In this document: positions 62,001-64,000 of the stretch, in pieces
Layout of the letters: each line of letters begins with the position of its first letter
Numbering within the stretch: the first letter of the stretch is position 1
Source of the DNA: Stegostoma tigrinum
Taxonomy: Eukaryota
Assembly (NCBI RefSeq): GCF_030684315.1
Contig: NC_081396.1
Location: forward strand, 2,294,001 to 2,358,000
Direction of reading: 5' to 3'
DNA: 64,000 nt
Notes under the pieces: generated by a model
What the model saw: only the letters and a program-made list of their open reading frames with translations
The model's database searches: none
Told to the model about the DNA's origin: nothing
Program-made: the position numbers and the translations under genes

Positions 62001-62712
62001 GCAAGGGGATGCCAACAGCATTTCCAGCATTTCAAGATTTTCCTCTCTGGATGTTCCAACTCCCAGCTGCTCGTAATGGGTTCTGATTGTCTCATTCTGA
62101 GTGCTTTAGAGATAAGAAATAGACTTGATGCAATTTAGTTTTAACAAAAAGCTGATTTGCATTAATTTTATTCCAAGTAGGTGACTAACCTGTTGACAAA
62201 CATCAGAAATAGGGCTAGAAAGCCTGATTTGGATATAGATTACAATAGTGTCAAAATCCAACACTGACAGTTACTAGGAAAATTATTGTTTCACCAATCC
62301 TGATGCACCACAAAATCACTTTACAAAAAAAAAGCAGGTGGACAATCTTTACCCAGCGTAAATGTGTCGATGCACAACCACATTGTGATTATTTTCAAAA
62401 CCTATCCTACAGATACACAACTGTATCAACTTTTATCCTCAACAGCAGCACCTTTCATAAGATGATTTAATAACATCAACACAAACAGCCCAATGACCAA
62501 GATTTCTTCCTTGGTGAGAGTAAAAGCAAAACCCTTCACCTGTGTTTTTTTGTGAATTTGCTGGTGTGTTAACAAACAGCAAAGCTTTTTAGACAAACAG
62601 CAGGTTACTGGGGTCCACCAGTGTCATTTCACTGGCATGTTAAGAGTTTCATATCCCTTCCCACATACAGAACAAGTGAACAGCCTCTCCATAGAGTAAA
62701 CAGGCTTGCCGA

Positions 62713-64000
62713 TCAGCCAGTGAGTTGACCGAGAGAATTTTTCTCCCCAGCGTGAACTCGCTGGTGTCTCCTCAGGTTGGATGATTGAGTAAATCCCTTC
62801 CCACAATCAGAGCAGGTGAATGGTTTCTCTCGCATGTGAATTCGCTGATGTATTAGGAGGATTGTTGACTGAGCAAAAGCTTTTCCACACTCGGAGCAGG
62901 TGAATGGTTTCTCCCCAGTGTGAACTCGCTGGTGTCTGAGCAGGTTGGATGATTGGATAAATCCCTTCCCACAATCAGGGCAGGTGAATGGTTTCTCTCC
63001 GGTATGCACTCGCTGGTGTATCAGCAGTTTAGACGAGCAATTGAATGCTTTTCCACATTCAGAGCAGGCGAATGGTCTCTCCCCAGTGTGAATTCGCTGG
63101 TGTTTCAGCAGATTAGATGACCGATTAAATCCTTTTCCACATTCAGAACAGGTGAATGGTCTTTCCCCAGTGTGAATTCGCTGGTGTATATGCAGGCTGG
63201 ATGAATGAGTGAATCCCTTCCCACAATCAAAGCAGGTGAATGGTCTCTCCCCAGTGTGAATTCGCTGGTGTATCAGCAGATTAGATGAGCATTTGAATCC
63301 TTTCCCACAATCAGAACAGGTGAATGGTCTCTCTCCAGTGTGAACTCGCTGGTGTTCCAGCAATCTACATGAGTGAGTGAATCCTTTGCCGCATTCAGAA
63401 CAGGTGAATGGTTTCTTCCCTGTGTGAACTCCTTGGTGTTCCAGTAGTTTAGATGAGCGAAGAAATGCTTGTCCACATTCAGAACAGGTGAATGCTCTCT
63501 CTTCAGTGTGGACTCGCTGGTGGATCCGCAGGCTGGATGACTGAGTGAATGCTTTCCCACACACTGGGCAGGCAAATGGTCTCTCCCCAGTGTGAACTCG
63601 CTGGTGTTCCAACAGTTTGGATGACCGAGTGAATCCCTTCCCACACATGGAGCAGCTAAACGGTTTCTCCCCAGTGTGAACTCGCTGGTGTATCTGCAGG
63701 TTGGATGATCGAGTGAATCCTTTCCCACACACTGAGCAGGTGAATGGTCTCTCTCCAGTGTGAACCACCCGGTGTTCCAGCAGTTTAGATGAGTGAGTGA
63801 ATCCCTTCCCACAATCAGAGCAGGTGAATGGCCTCTCTCCATTGTGAACACGCTGGTGTTCCAGTAGTTTCGAACAGCGAGTGAATCCTTTCCCACATTG
63901 AGAACAGGTAAATGGTCTCTCCCCAGTGTGAACTCGCTGGTGTATCAGCAGGCTGGCTGACTGTGCGAATGCTCTCCCACAAACTGAGCAGGTGAAAGGT
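62713..64000 (-). CDS. Long C2H2 zinc-finger protein, 5'-partial (at least 15 intact fingers)
   Basis: 12 fingers in the ORF track, plus 3 more read in the same open frame from 63999 to 63769 ([12 protein letters not shown].., [13 protein letters not shown].., [13 protein letters not shown]..); runs off the window. Confidence 0.93.
   Translation of the reverse strand, partial: PFTCSVCGRAFAQSASLLIHQRVHTGERPFTCSQCGKGFTRCSKLLEHQRVHNGERPFTCSDCGKGFTHSSKLLEHRVVHTGERPFTCSVCGKGFTRSSNLQIHQRVHTGEKPFSCSMCGKGFTRSSKLLEHQRVHTGERPFACPVCGKAFTQSSSLRIHQRVHTEERAFTCSECGQAFLRSSKLLEHQGVHTGKKPFTCSECGKGFTHSCRLLEHQRVHTGERPFTCSDCGKGFKCSSNLLIHQRIHTGERPFTCFDCGKGFTHSSSLHIHQRIHTGERPFTCSECGKGFNRSSNLLKHQRIHTGERPFACSECGKAFNCSSKLLIHQRVHTGEKPFTCPDCGKGFIQSSNLLRHQRVHTGEKPFTCSECGKAFAQSTILLIHQRIHMREKPFTCSDCGKGFTQSSNLRRHQRVHAGEKNSLGQLTG

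Noticed and set aside
17078-63896. Long alternative-frame ORFs over the ZNF arrays (e.g. 17078-17404, 38183-38626, 63273-63896)
   Set aside because: Shadow frames of repetitive finger codons
16614-64000. 84-bp periodic repeats resembling a CRISPR or repeat-spacer array
   Set aside because: These are the 28-codon C2H2 finger units; eukaryotic context and no cas genes

Overview
Eukaryotic genomic DNA, not prokaryotic. The repeat content (CR1/HER1-type LINEs, HE1-like V-SINEs, Penelope-like elements) and the T-cell receptor V segments point to a cartilaginous fish, most likely a carpet/bamboo-type shark (inference). Bases ~1-11.5 kb are the edge of a TCR alpha/delta-type V cluster. It holds one open V gene with leader, intron and 23-RSS (6024-6580) that lacks both canonical Cys23 and Trp41, plus at least four V pseudogenes in mixed orientation. 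From ~12.4 kb to the end is a birth-and-death cluster of KRAB-less, single-coding-exon C2H2 zinc-finger genes: three with open finger arrays and about nine pseudogenes or relics, built from a shared promoter, 5' exon and 3' module. Decayed tRNA genes are interspersed, and a multi-kb inverted duplication relates ~38-41.6 kb to ~59.4-64 kb. Penelope-like retroelements carrying minimal hammerhead-ribozyme cores occur throughout, including ~170-220 bp hairpin copies with 14-18 bp target-site duplications. All calls were made by eye, and repeat boundaries are approximate.
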